From NCBI GenBank assembly GCA_045643205.1, contig JAZUKI010000010.1, positions 145,608-209,607 on the forward strand: a stretch of DNA of 64,000 bases, in the 5' to 3' direction. Positions 10,148 to 18,879 of the stretch are shown piece by piece; the first letter of the stretch is position 1; each line of letters begins with the position of its first letter. A program made the position numbers and the translations under genes. Under the pieces are notes generated by a model. That model did not search any database. It was given only the letters and a program-made list of their open reading frames with translations, and had not been told where the DNA came from. Origin of the DNA: Clostridia bacterium. GTDB lineage: Bacteria > Bacillota > Clostridia > TANB77 > CAG-508.

Positions 10148-10268
10148 TTGTTAATGATTCGAAAGATTATTATTATTAATGATTCGAAAGATTGTTATTA
10201 TTAATGATTCGAAAAATTGTTATTATTAATAATTTGATAAGATTATTATTGTTAATAATTTGAAAGGA
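10148..10268. repeat. About 5 copies of a 25-bp tandem repeat
   Basis: GATTCGAAA at 10156, 10181 and 10206; degenerate AATTTGA copies at 10231 and 10257. Confidence 0.85.
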
Positions 10269-10273
10269 CTGCT

Positions 10274-10981
10274 ATGGAAGAAAATAAAATACCTGAACAT
10301 ATTGCGATAATAATGGATGGAAATAGAAGATGGGCAAAAGCACAAGGATTAACCACTCCACAAGGACATAAAAAAGGTGCAGAAACATTAGAGACCATTA
10401 CAAAATATTGCAATAAAATAGGAGTTAAATATTTAACAGTATATGCATTTTCAACAGAAAATTGGCAACGTACTAGAGAAGAAGTTGGAGCACTAATGTT
10501 TTTATTTGACAAGTTTGTTGAGAAATATTTAGTTGCTGCAACTGAAAATATGAAACTACGTATAATAGGAGATTTAGAAGATGAAACAGTTCCTAAATCT
10601 TTAGCTAAGAAAATGCGTAAACTTATGGAACAAACAAAAGATAACACAGGTCTTGAACTCAATGTTGCTTTTAATTACGGTGGAAAGAAAGAAATATTAA
10701 AAGCTACAAAAGAGATTATTGAAGAAGTTAAAACTGGAAATATAGATATAAATGATGTTAATGAAGAATTATTTGCAAATCATTTGTATACAAAAGGTGA
10801 ACCAGATCCAGATCTTGTTATTAGAACAAGTGGAGAAATGCGTACAAGTAATTTCTTACCTTGGCAAATAACTTATTCTGAATTTATATTTTTAGATAAA
10901 TATTGGCCAGATTTTTCATGTGAAGATGTGGATAACTGCATTGCTGAATACAATAATAGAAATAGAAGAAAAGGAAAGTAA
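10274..10981 (+). CDS. uppS: Undecaprenyl diphosphate synthase
   Basis: HIAIIMDGNRRWA, YAFSTENW, IRTSGEMRTSNF. Confidence 0.97.
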   Translation: MEENKIPEHIAIIMDGNRRWAKAQGLTTPQGHKKGAETLETITKYCNKIGVKYLTVYAFSTENWQRTREEVGALMFLFDKFVEKYLVAATENMKLRIIGDLEDETVPKSLAKKMRKLMEQTKDNTGLELNVAFNYGGKKEILKATKEIIEEVKTGNIDINDVNEELFANHLYTKGEPDPDLVIRTSGEMRTSNFLPWQITYSEFIFLDKYWPDFSCEDVDNCIAEYNNRNRRKGK

Positions 10982-10983
10982 AA

Positions 10984-11856
10984 ATGGAAAAAGAAAAACA
11001 TCAAGAAGTTAAAACAAAAAAAGCTAAAGATCCAAACTTTTGGAAAAGAACAATTTCTAGTGCAATAATACTACCAACAATGTGTTGTTTGTTAATTTTT
11101 TCAAACGATATAGTTATGGATATATTTTTAGCGGTATTATCTGCTTTTTGTTTCTTTGAATATTCAAATTGTTTTAAAAGAACAAAAAAAGCAAATCCTA
11201 GTTCATGGTTAGGATATATAGCATGTTTAGGAGTAGCGTTTGTAAATTTAATAGATATTGAAATTTATAAGAATATATTACTTGCAGTTATTCCAATTTC
11301 ATTATTTATTTTAATGGTTGAAATGTTATTTAATGATGAAAAGAAAAATGTAATGGATATTTTTGTTACATTTATAGGCATACTTTATATTCCAATATTG
11401 ATTTCATTCTTTAGTATTATTAGACATAGAATGGGAGATAGTTTAGGATACTTTTTAGTTTGGTATATATTTATTGCTTCATGGGGTAGTGATGTATTTG
11501 CATTTATAGTTGGATGCAGAATTGGAAAACATAAATTTACAAAAATTTCTCCAAAGAAATCTGTTGAGGGATGTATAGCAGGAATTGTTGGAGGAGCAGC
11601 ATTAGGTGTTATCTATACAATAATTATAAATAACGCATTTAACCAATCAATTAATATTGGATTAGTTATAGTAGTTGTTTCTTTATTAGCAATTATAGGA
11701 CAAGTTGGAGATGTATTTGCATCAGCAATAAAGAGATATTGCGGAATCAAAGATTTTAGTGATTTAATTCCAGGTCACGGTGGAATGCTAGATAGAGTTG
11801 ATAGCGTAATCTTTGTAATTCCATTTGCATATATTTTATTAAGCTTATTAATTTAA
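10984..11856 (+). CDS. cdsA: Phosphatidate cytidylyltransferase
   Basis: ISPKKSVEG, GDVFASAIKR, PGHGGMLDRVDS. Confidence 0.95.
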   Translation: MEKEKHQEVKTKKAKDPNFWKRTISSAIILPTMCCLLIFSNDIVMDIFLAVLSAFCFFEYSNCFKRTKKANPSSWLGYIACLGVAFVNLIDIEIYKNILLAVIPISLFILMVEMLFNDEKKNVMDIFVTFIGILYIPILISFFSIIRHRMGDSLGYFLVWYIFIASWGSDVFAFIVGCRIGKHKFTKISPKKSVEGCIAGIVGGAALGVIYTIIINNAFNQSINIGLVIVVVSLLAIIGQVGDVFASAIKRYCGIKDFSDLIPGHGGMLDRVDSVIFVIPFAYILLSLLI

Positions 11857-11864
11857 AAATTAAT

Positions 11865-11950
11865 TAAAAAAACAATTTTAACTAATTTTAAATTAACAAA
11901 AAATAATTTAGAGTTTTTTAAATAATAAAAAATAATTTTAACTAATAAAA
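11865..11950. repeat. Degenerate ~30-bp AT-rich tandem repeat, 3 copies
   Basis: AAYAATTTTA-type units near 11871, 11902 and 11931; copies 1 and 3 both continue ACTAAT. Confidence 0.5.
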
Positions 11951-12033
11951 AACATAATTATTAATAATTAAATATATTTTTATAAATACAAAAGATTAAA
12001 TTTTAAAATACAATATATATGGGGGCAAGATTT

Positions 12034-15000
12034 TTGGAACAGCAAAAAGAAGTAAAAATAGTATTTAATGACTACAGTGCTGATAGCTTCGCATTAGCTG
12101 ATGCACTTGTTTCAAAAGTTAATTTATATAAAAAGACAAATGTAATGGAAATATATCTTGATGCCAAAGAACATATTTCTGTTACTGAGATTCAAAAGTT
12201 TGAAAGGTATGCGATTAAGAGATTTAATTTGCGTGAATGTAAGTTAAAAATTTCTACACCGCATACTGATTTATTGACCACTAATAATTTTGTAAAGAAT
12301 GAATGGAATGATTCAATAAAATTTTTGTCTGCAAAAGTTCCTTCAGTTAAAGCTTTCATGAAAGATAGTAAAACAACTTTTACCGAAGATAATATAGAAG
12401 TTGAATTAAATGTTAAAGGCAAAGATATACTTACAAAACAAAAAGTTGATAATTACATTTCAGACTTTTTAAAAGATACATATGGACAATGTTATAAAGT
12501 TTTCTTCAAAGATAATGTAGATTCTGATGCAAAGAGCAGATTAAAAGAAGAAAACATTAATATAATAAAAGAATTTGCTAAGCAAACAGAGAGCAAAGCA
12601 AAAAATGTAGCTTCAAGTGATAACACAAAACCAACTGCAGAAAATAAAACACCAAGTGCAAAAGATAAATCAAATTTTAATAAAAGTAATTCAAATAATT
12701 TATCAAATTCAAATGGTGGAAACCCACCACCAATTGATGATGGTGAAATACCTAAACAAGAAGAGAAACCAGAAGATCCAACATTAATATACGGAAGAAA
12801 TTCTAAAGTTGATGAAACATCTATGCAAATTGCTGATATCGGGATGGATACATCAGTTCTTCAAATTAAAGGTGACATAGTTAATTCACCAGATCCAACT
12901 GAATTAAAGAAAACTGGAAAATTTTTATTTTCATTTGATGTTTATGATGGAACAAGTACAATTACATGTAAAATATTTAGCTTACCTGAGCAAAAAGGAA
13001 AATTAGGAAAGAGATTAAAACCTGGCACAGGAGTTATTGTTAAAGGAAGAGCTGGATATGATAACTTTGCAAAAGAAATTACAGTAATTGCAAATACAGT
13101 AGTTGAATGTGATCCAATGCCTAGCACTTCTAGAATGGATAATAGCAAAGAGAAAAGAGTTGAACTTCATATGCATACTCAAATGAGTCAAATGGATGGT
13201 GTTACAGCTGCATCTGATTTGATTAAAAGAGCTATGAAGTGGGGAATGAAATCTATTGCAATAACTGATCATGGTGTTGTTCAATCATTTCCAGATGCTC
13301 ATCATTTAATTGATGGTATTGGCTATGGTGAAACGGACTTTAAAGTTATTTATGGAGTTGAAGGATATTTAGTTCCAGATAAAAACTCTGTTGTAACAAA
13401 ATATAAAGGTCAATCATTAGAAGGAACAACCTATTGTGTATTCGATTTAGAAACAACAGGTGTTTCTTATAGAACAGATAAAATAACTGAAATTGGAATT
13501 ATAAAATATAAAGATGGTGAAATTATTGATACGTTTGAAAGTTTTGTAAATCCTGAAAGACCAATTCCAATGAAAGTTCAAGAAATAACTAATATTACTG
13601 ATGAAATGGTTAAAGATGCACCTACTATTGAACAAATACTTCCAAAAGTAATGGAGTTTTTTGGAGATAGTGTTTTAGTTGCACATAATGCTGATTTTGA
13701 TACAGGTTTTATTAGATATAATTGTCAGCTTCAAAATATTCCTTTTGAAAATACTTATTTAGATACTTTACAACTTGCTAAAGAATTATATCCTGATTTT
13801 ACAAAATATAAGTTAGGAATAATAGCTGAAAAGTTAGGAATTAAAGTTGAGGTTGCTCATAGAGCTTTAGACGATGTTGAAACAACAGTAAAAGTTTTAG
13901 CAAAAATGTTTGAAGTTTTAAAAGAGAAGAAAGTAAAAAAATTAGAAGATATAGATAAAGTTTTTGAGGGACAAGCAAATTATAAAAAGTTAAAGAGTTA
14001 TCATGTTATAATTCTTGCAAAAGATTATGTAGGTCTTAAAAATTTATACAAATTAATTTCTATATCTAATCTTGACTATTTTTATAAACATCCTTTAATT
14101 ATGAAATCAATATTGAAAAAATATTCAGAGGGATTAATTGTAGGAAGCGCATGTAATCAAGGAGAATTGTTCCAAGCAATTTTAGCTGGAAAAGATGAAG
14201 AAGAAATAGAAACAATTGCAAGAGAATATGACTATCTTGAAATTCAACCTATTGGAAACAACGAATTTTTAGTTAGAGATGGAACAGTTCAATCAGATGA
14301 AGATTTACGAAACATAAATAGAAAAATCGTGGAACTTGGAGAAAAGCTTGATAAGCCAGTTTGCGCTACATGTGATGTTCATTTCATGGATCCACAAGAT
14401 GAAGTATATAGAAGAATACTTCAATATGGCCAAGGATATGATGATGCTGATATGCAAGCACCACTATATTTAAGAACAACAGAGGAAATGCTAAAAGAAT
14501 TTGCATATTTAGGTGAAGAAAAAGCAAAAGAAGTTGTTATAACAAATACAAATAAAATTTCTGATATGTGCGATAGAATAAGCCCTATCTCACCAGAAAA
14601 ATGTCCACCACACATTCCCGGATGTGAAGAAACAATCAAGAGAATTACTTATGATAAGGCACACAAATTATATGGGGAGCAATTACCTGAAATAGTTGAA
14701 GCAAGACTTCAAAAAGAGTTAAATTCTATCATTAATAACGGATACTCAGTTATGTATATCATTGCACAGAAACTTGTTTGGAAGTCAAATGAAGATGGAT
14801 ACATAGTTGGATCAAGAGGTTCAGTTGGTTCATCATTAGTTGCTTTTATGACAGGTATTACTGAAGTTAATTCATTGCCACCACATTATAGATGCCCTAA
14901 ATGTAAATATAGTGATTTTACAAATTATGGCGCAACAAACGGATATGACTTACCAGATAAAGAATGTCCTAAATGTGGAACATTAATGGTTAAAGACGGA

Positions 15001-16488
15001 ATGGATATTCCTTTTGAAACATTCCTTGGATTTAAAGGAGATAAGGAACCTGATATTGACTTAAACTTCTCTGGAGAATATCAAGCAAAAGCACACAAAT
15101 ATACAGAAGTAATCTTTGGAAAAGGAACTACATTTAAAGCAGGAACAGTTGGTACTGTTGCTGATAAAACAGCATATGGATATGTAAAACATTACTATGA
15201 AGAAAAGGGAGTACCTATTTCAAGTGCTGAGATAAATAGAGTTTCAAAAGGATGTACAGGAATTAAAAGAACAACAGGACAACATCCAGGAGGTATTATA
15301 GTTGTACCAAAAGGAAGAGAAATATATGAGTTCACTCCAGTACAACATCCAGCAGATGATCCAGAATCAGATATTATAACAACACACTTTGATTATCACT
15401 CAATAGATCAAAACTTATTAAAACTCGATATTCTAGGTCATGATGATCCTACAGTAATTAGAATGCTTTATACTTTAACAGGATTAGATCCTACTAAAGT
15501 ACCTCTAGATGATAAAGAAACAATGTCAATTTATTCATCAACTAAAGCATTAGGAGTTACACCTGAACAAATAAAATCAGATGTAGGAACATTTGGAATT
15601 CCTGAATCAGGTACAAAATTTGTTAGAGGAATGTTAACAGACACAAAGCCAACAACATTTGATGAATTATTAAGAATTTCTGGTTTATCACATGGTACTG
15701 ACGTTTGGTTAGGAAATGCACAAGATTTAGTTAACAATGGTACAGCAACATTAAAAGAAGTTATTTGTACTCGTGATGATATTATGAACTACTTAATAAA
15801 ATGTGGATTAGAGCCTGGCGTAGCATTTAAAGCAATGGAGCTAGTTAGAAAAGGTAAAGTTAGCAAACAACCAGAAAAGTGGGCTGAATATAAAGCAGCA
15901 ATGGAAGAAAAAGAAGTACCTAAATGGTATATTGATTCTTGTAATAAAATTAAGTATCTATTCCCAAAAGCCCATGCTGCAGCTTATGTTACAAATGCAT
16001 TTAGAATAGCATGGTTTAAAGTACATATTCCTAAAGCATATTATTGCGCATATTTTTCAATTAGAGCAGATGCATTTGATAGTGATATTATGTGCCATGG
16101 TCAAGAAAAAGTTAAAAATAAAATGAAAGAAATTGAACTTGCAGGTAATATGGCTACAAAGACTGAACAAGATATGTATGAAACATTAGAAATTGTAAAT
16201 GAAATGTATTGTAGAGGAATTAATTTCTTACCTATAGATTTATATAAATCAGATTCACAAAAGTTCTTAATGGAAGACGGAGGAGTAAGACCACCATTAA
16301 ACTCAATTCCTGGTTTTGGTACAGTTGCCGCTAATGGTATTGTTGAAGCCAGAAAAGATGGAGAGTTTATGTCTATAGATGACTTAAAAATAAGAGCAAA
16401 AGTTGGTTCAAGTGGTATTGAACAACTAAGAAATGCTGGTTGCTTAAAAGGAATGAGTCAAAGCAATCAAATTAGTTTATTTGGATAA
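12034..16488 (+). CDS. polC: DNA polymerase III alpha, PolC type
   Basis: OB fold, PHP (ELHMHTQMS), exonuclease (FDLETTG, HNADFD), EPDIDLNFSGE; TTG 12034 is the likely start (ORF extends to ATG 12019). Confidence 0.97.
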   Translation: MEQQKEVKIVFNDYSADSFALADALVSKVNLYKKTNVMEIYLDAKEHISVTEIQKFERYAIKRFNLRECKLKISTPHTDLLTTNNFVKNEWNDSIKFLSAKVPSVKAFMKDSKTTFTEDNIEVELNVKGKDILTKQKVDNYISDFLKDTYGQCYKVFFKDNVDSDAKSRLKEENINIIKEFAKQTESKAKNVASSDNTKPTAENKTPSAKDKSNFNKSNSNNLSNSNGGNPPPIDDGEIPKQEEKPEDPTLIYGRNSKVDETSMQIADIGMDTSVLQIKGDIVNSPDPTELKKTGKFLFSFDVYDGTSTITCKIFSLPEQKGKLGKRLKPGTGVIVKGRAGYDNFAKEITVIANTVVECDPMPSTSRMDNSKEKRVELHMHTQMSQMDGVTAASDLIKRAMKWGMKSIAITDHGVVQSFPDAHHLIDGIGYGETDFKVIYGVEGYLVPDKNSVVTKYKGQSLEGTTYCVFDLETTGVSYRTDKITEIGIIKYKDGEIIDTFESFVNPERPIPMKVQEITNITDEMVKDAPTIEQILPKVMEFFGDSVLVAHNADFDTGFIRYNCQLQNIPFENTYLDTLQLAKELYPDFTKYKLGIIAEKLGIKVEVAHRALDDVETTVKVLAKMFEVLKEKKVKKLEDIDKVFEGQANYKKLKSYHVIILAKDYVGLKNLYKLISISNLDYFYKHPLIMKSILKKYSEGLIVGSACNQGELFQAILAGKDEEEIETIAREYDYLEIQPIGNNEFLVRDGTVQSDEDLRNINRKIVELGEKLDKPVCATCDVHFMDPQDEVYRRILQYGQGYDDADMQAPLYLRTTEEMLKEFAYLGEEKAKEVVITNTNKISDMCDRISPISPEKCPPHIPGCEETIKRITYDKAHKLYGEQLPEIVEARLQKELNSIINNGYSVMYIIAQKLVWKSNEDGYIVGSRGSVGSSLVAFMTGITEVNSLPPHYRCPKCKYSDFTNYGATNGYDLPDKECPKCGTLMVKDGMDIPFETFLGFKGDKEPDIDLNFSGEYQAKAHKYTEVIFGKGTTFKAGTVGTVADKTAYGYVKHYYEEKGVPISSAEINRVSKGCTGIKRTTGQHPGGIIVVPKGREIYEFTPVQHPADDPESDIITTHFDYHSIDQNLLKLDILGHDDPTVIRMLYTLTGLDPTKVPLDDKETMSIYSSTKALGVTPEQIKSDVGTFGIPESGTKFVRGMLTDTKPTTFDELLRISGLSHGTDVWLGNAQDLVNNGTATLKEVICTRDDIMNYLIKCGLEPGVAFKAMELVRKGKVSKQPEKWAEYKAAMEEKEVPKWYIDSCNKIKYLFPKAHAAAYVTNAFRIAWFKVHIPKAYYCAYFSIRADAFDSDIMCHGQEKVKNKMKEIELAGNMATKTEQDMYETLEIVNEMYCRGINFLPIDLYKSDSQKFLMEDGGVRPPLNSIPGFGTVAANGIVEARKDGEFMSIDDLKIRAKVGSSGIEQLRNAGCLKGMSQSNQISLFG

Positions 16489-16515
16489 AACAAATGATAA
16501 GGGAGGAATAAGTTT

Positions 16516-16812
16516 ATGGATGGAACTACTATTTCAATAATTGTTGGAGCGTTTTTTGCATTAAATTTAATTACTATTCTATTAATTTGGTTTAGATTAA
16601 ATACTAAATTTATTGATGGAATAAATGAAAAAGTCCTAAATACAATTTTATTTATAATGTCTTTAATTGGAGGATTTATCGGCGTTTATCTAGGAAGAGA
16701 AATGTTTGGATATAAAACAACTTCAGGCTGTTTGGAAAAATGGCTAACAAAAACACTGATTGTAGAAGTAATAGTTATTTTGATTGTACTAACACAAGTA
16801 TTAAAAAATTAA
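16516..16812 (+). CDS. Small membrane protein, DUF1294-like
   Basis: Three hydrophobic segments; GGFIGVYLGREMFGYKT resembles the GG..G...GM..F.HKT motif. Confidence 0.6.
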   Translation: MDGTTISIIVGAFFALNLITILLIWFRLNTKFIDGINEKVLNTILFIMSLIGGFIGVYLGREMFGYKTTSGCLEKWLTKTLIVEVIVILIVLTQVLKN

Positions 16813-16816
16813 AAAC

Positions 16817-16857
16817 AAGACTTGGATATACTCTTAGAGTATAATCCAAGTCTTTTT
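16817..16857 (+). terminator. Rho-independent terminator
   Basis: AAGACTTGGAT(A)TACTC-TTA-GAGTAT(A)ATCCAAGTCTT plus T-tract. Confidence 0.85.
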
Positions 16858-16962
16858 ATATTAAGTTATATTTTTATATTAAGTTATAGTTTTTATATTA
16901 ATTTATAATTTTTAGATTACGCAATAAGTCTTTTTATATTAAAGGATAGGTTTTTTATATAA
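16853..16962. repeat. Degenerate ~19-21-bp tandem repeat (TTTTTATATTAAGTTATA-like), about 6 copies
   Basis: TTTTTATAT-like units near 16853, 16871, 16890, 16909, 16931 and 16952. Confidence 0.65.
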
Positions 16963-17063
16963 ATTAATATTACAAAAATATTATAATAAGTTTACAAAAT
17001 CAAAATAGAACAGCAAAAATGTGATAATTTACATAAAAAAATTATGTTATTTTTAGTGTAAAC

Positions 17064-17084
17064 TGTGGATAAATATGTGGATAA
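17064..17084 (-). promoter_or_regulatory. Two perfect DnaA boxes in tandem
   Basis: TGTGGATAA at 17064-17072 and 17076-17084 (reverse complement TTATCCACA). Confidence 0.7.
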
Positions 17085-17344
17085 CCTAAAAATAAGGCTT
17101 TTACGACATATAAATACCAATAATTACCATATAAATATGTAAACTGAGAAATGTTACAAAAAAATAGAAATATGTAAACTTATTATTTTTAAAAAATGTT
17201 TGATTTTTAATAAAAAAATATCATTTAAAACCTTGAATTACTTAAATTAAACATGTAATAATAGAACAAAGATTTGTTATTATAACAAATAAGATTATTA
17301 AGCAAAATGTAATAAAATCAATAGATACAAGGAAGGAGAATGTT

Positions 17345-18538
17345 ATGACAACTAGTAAACCTAATAAAATATTTTTTTATATTGATGTTAATAATGCATT
17401 CCTTTCTTGGACTGCAGTAGAATTACTCAAATCTGGTTATAAAACAGATATAAGAACTATACCATCTATTATTGCAGGAGACGAAGAAACAAGGCATGGT
17501 ATTGTTTTAGCTAAAAGCCCAGTAGCTAAATCTTTAGGAATTAAAACTGCTGAACCTATTTTTCAAGCTAAAAAGAAGTGTCCTTCATTGAAAATATATG
17601 AGATTCATAGGGAAATTTATGAAAAATATTCTAAATTATTATATGAATACTATAAGACATATACAGATAAAGTTTTGGCTTATTCAATTGATGAATGTTG
17701 CTTAGATATGACAGGATGTATTATGGTAGGAGAAACACCAGAAACACTTGCTAAAACAATGTCTTCACATATATATGAAACATGGGGATTTACCGTAAAT
17801 ATAGGAATTGCTCCTAATAGGCTACTAGCTAAAATGGCTTCTGATATGGAAAAACCTAATAAAATTCATACACTATATCCAAACGAGATTCAAAGTAAAA
17901 TGTGGCCATTACCAGTATCTGAATTATTTATGTGCGGAAAGAAAACATCAGAAAAGCTAAAAATGTTAGGAATTAATACTATTGGTGATTTAGCTAGATA
18001 TGATGAAAAAGTTTTAATCAAAAGATTAGGAAAAATGGGACAAATGCTATATGAGTATGCTAATGGAATAGATGATGAAGAACTTTCTTATGAAGAAGAA
18101 AAACCAAAAGGTATAGGAAATTCAACAACTTTGCCAAAGGATAGCAATGATATTGAAAAACTTAAGAGAATACTACTAAGTTTATGTGAAGAAACAACAT
18201 ATAGATTAAGAAAAGAAGGATTATTAGCAAACACAGTAAGTGTAACATTAAAAACAAAAGACTTTGTCTCAACATCTCACCAAGGAACTCTTCAAACCCA
18301 AACTTCTAGTACAAAGTTAATCTTTGAGAAGGCTAAAGAGTTATTAAAAGAAATGTATCACAATGAATATATAAGACTTATAGGAATAAGAGTTGAGAAT
18401 TTAAAAGATACAAAAAAAGGACAAATTTCTATTTTTGACACGGGAAAAGATGAAGAATTAGAAAAGCTAGATTTAGTAATAGATAATCTTAAAGATAAAT
18501 TTGGTACAAGCACTATTAAAAGAGGCGGAGAGTTGTAA
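17345..18538 (+). CDS. dinB: DNA polymerase IV (Y family)
   Basis: YIDVNNAF, HGIVLAKS, SIDECCLD, LAKMASD, IRLIGI, clamp motif QISIF. Confidence 0.95.
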   Translation: MTTSKPNKIFFYIDVNNAFLSWTAVELLKSGYKTDIRTIPSIIAGDEETRHGIVLAKSPVAKSLGIKTAEPIFQAKKKCPSLKIYEIHREIYEKYSKLLYEYYKTYTDKVLAYSIDECCLDMTGCIMVGETPETLAKTMSSHIYETWGFTVNIGIAPNRLLAKMASDMEKPNKIHTLYPNEIQSKMWPLPVSELFMCGKKTSEKLKMLGINTIGDLARYDEKVLIKRLGKMGQMLYEYANGIDDEELSYEEEKPKGIGNSTTLPKDSNDIEKLKRILLSLCEETTYRLRKEGLLANTVSVTLKTKDFVSTSHQGTLQTQTSSTKLIFEKAKELLKEMYHNEYIRLIGIRVENLKDTKKGQISIFDTGKDEELEKLDLVIDNLKDKFGTSTIKRGGEL

Positions 18539-18610
18539 TATTTTGTTGATTTAATAGGTACTTTGTTATAAAATAGGGGTACTTTAAACACAGAAGAGAA
18601 AGGATTTAAA

Positions 18611-18838
18611 ATGGAAGAAATAATTAAAATTTTAAATGAAGTAAAACCAGGAATTAATTATACAAGTGACATCGATTTTGTTAAAGATAATATTTTAAAT
18701 CAAAATGATTTGAGAAGCTTAGCAGATAAGTTAAATCAAATATATGGAATAGATATTGATGTTGAAGAAACAGATATGAAATGGTTTAAAGATCCTCAAA
18801 CAATATATAAATTAGTTTGGGAAAAACAAACAACATAA
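18611..18838 (+). CDS. Acyl-carrier-protein-like small acidic protein lacking the canonical Ser
   Basis: 75 aa, MEEIIKILNEVKPG...YGIDID...F pattern of small ACP/DltC-like proteins; the GILDS motif position reads NILNQ. Confidence 0.55.
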   Translation: MEEIIKILNEVKPGINYTSDIDFVKDNILNQNDLRSLADKLNQIYGIDIDVEETDMKWFKDPQTIYKLVWEKQTT

Positions 18839-18879
18839 TCCACAAAAGATGACATGTATAAGTAATTAAAGGAGTAAAG

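Noticed and set aside
10148-10268. Possible CRISPR array
   Set aside because: Units are head-to-tail with no unique spacers, and there are no cas genes in the window
17261-17276. LexA box upstream of dinB as a firm feature
   Set aside because: GAAC-AAAG-ATTT has a mismatch in the right half-site; plausible but too weak to call
16853-17344. Chromosomal oriC
   Set aside because: Only two clear DnaA boxes, no dnaA/dnaN/rpmH nearby, and no switch in gene strand bias
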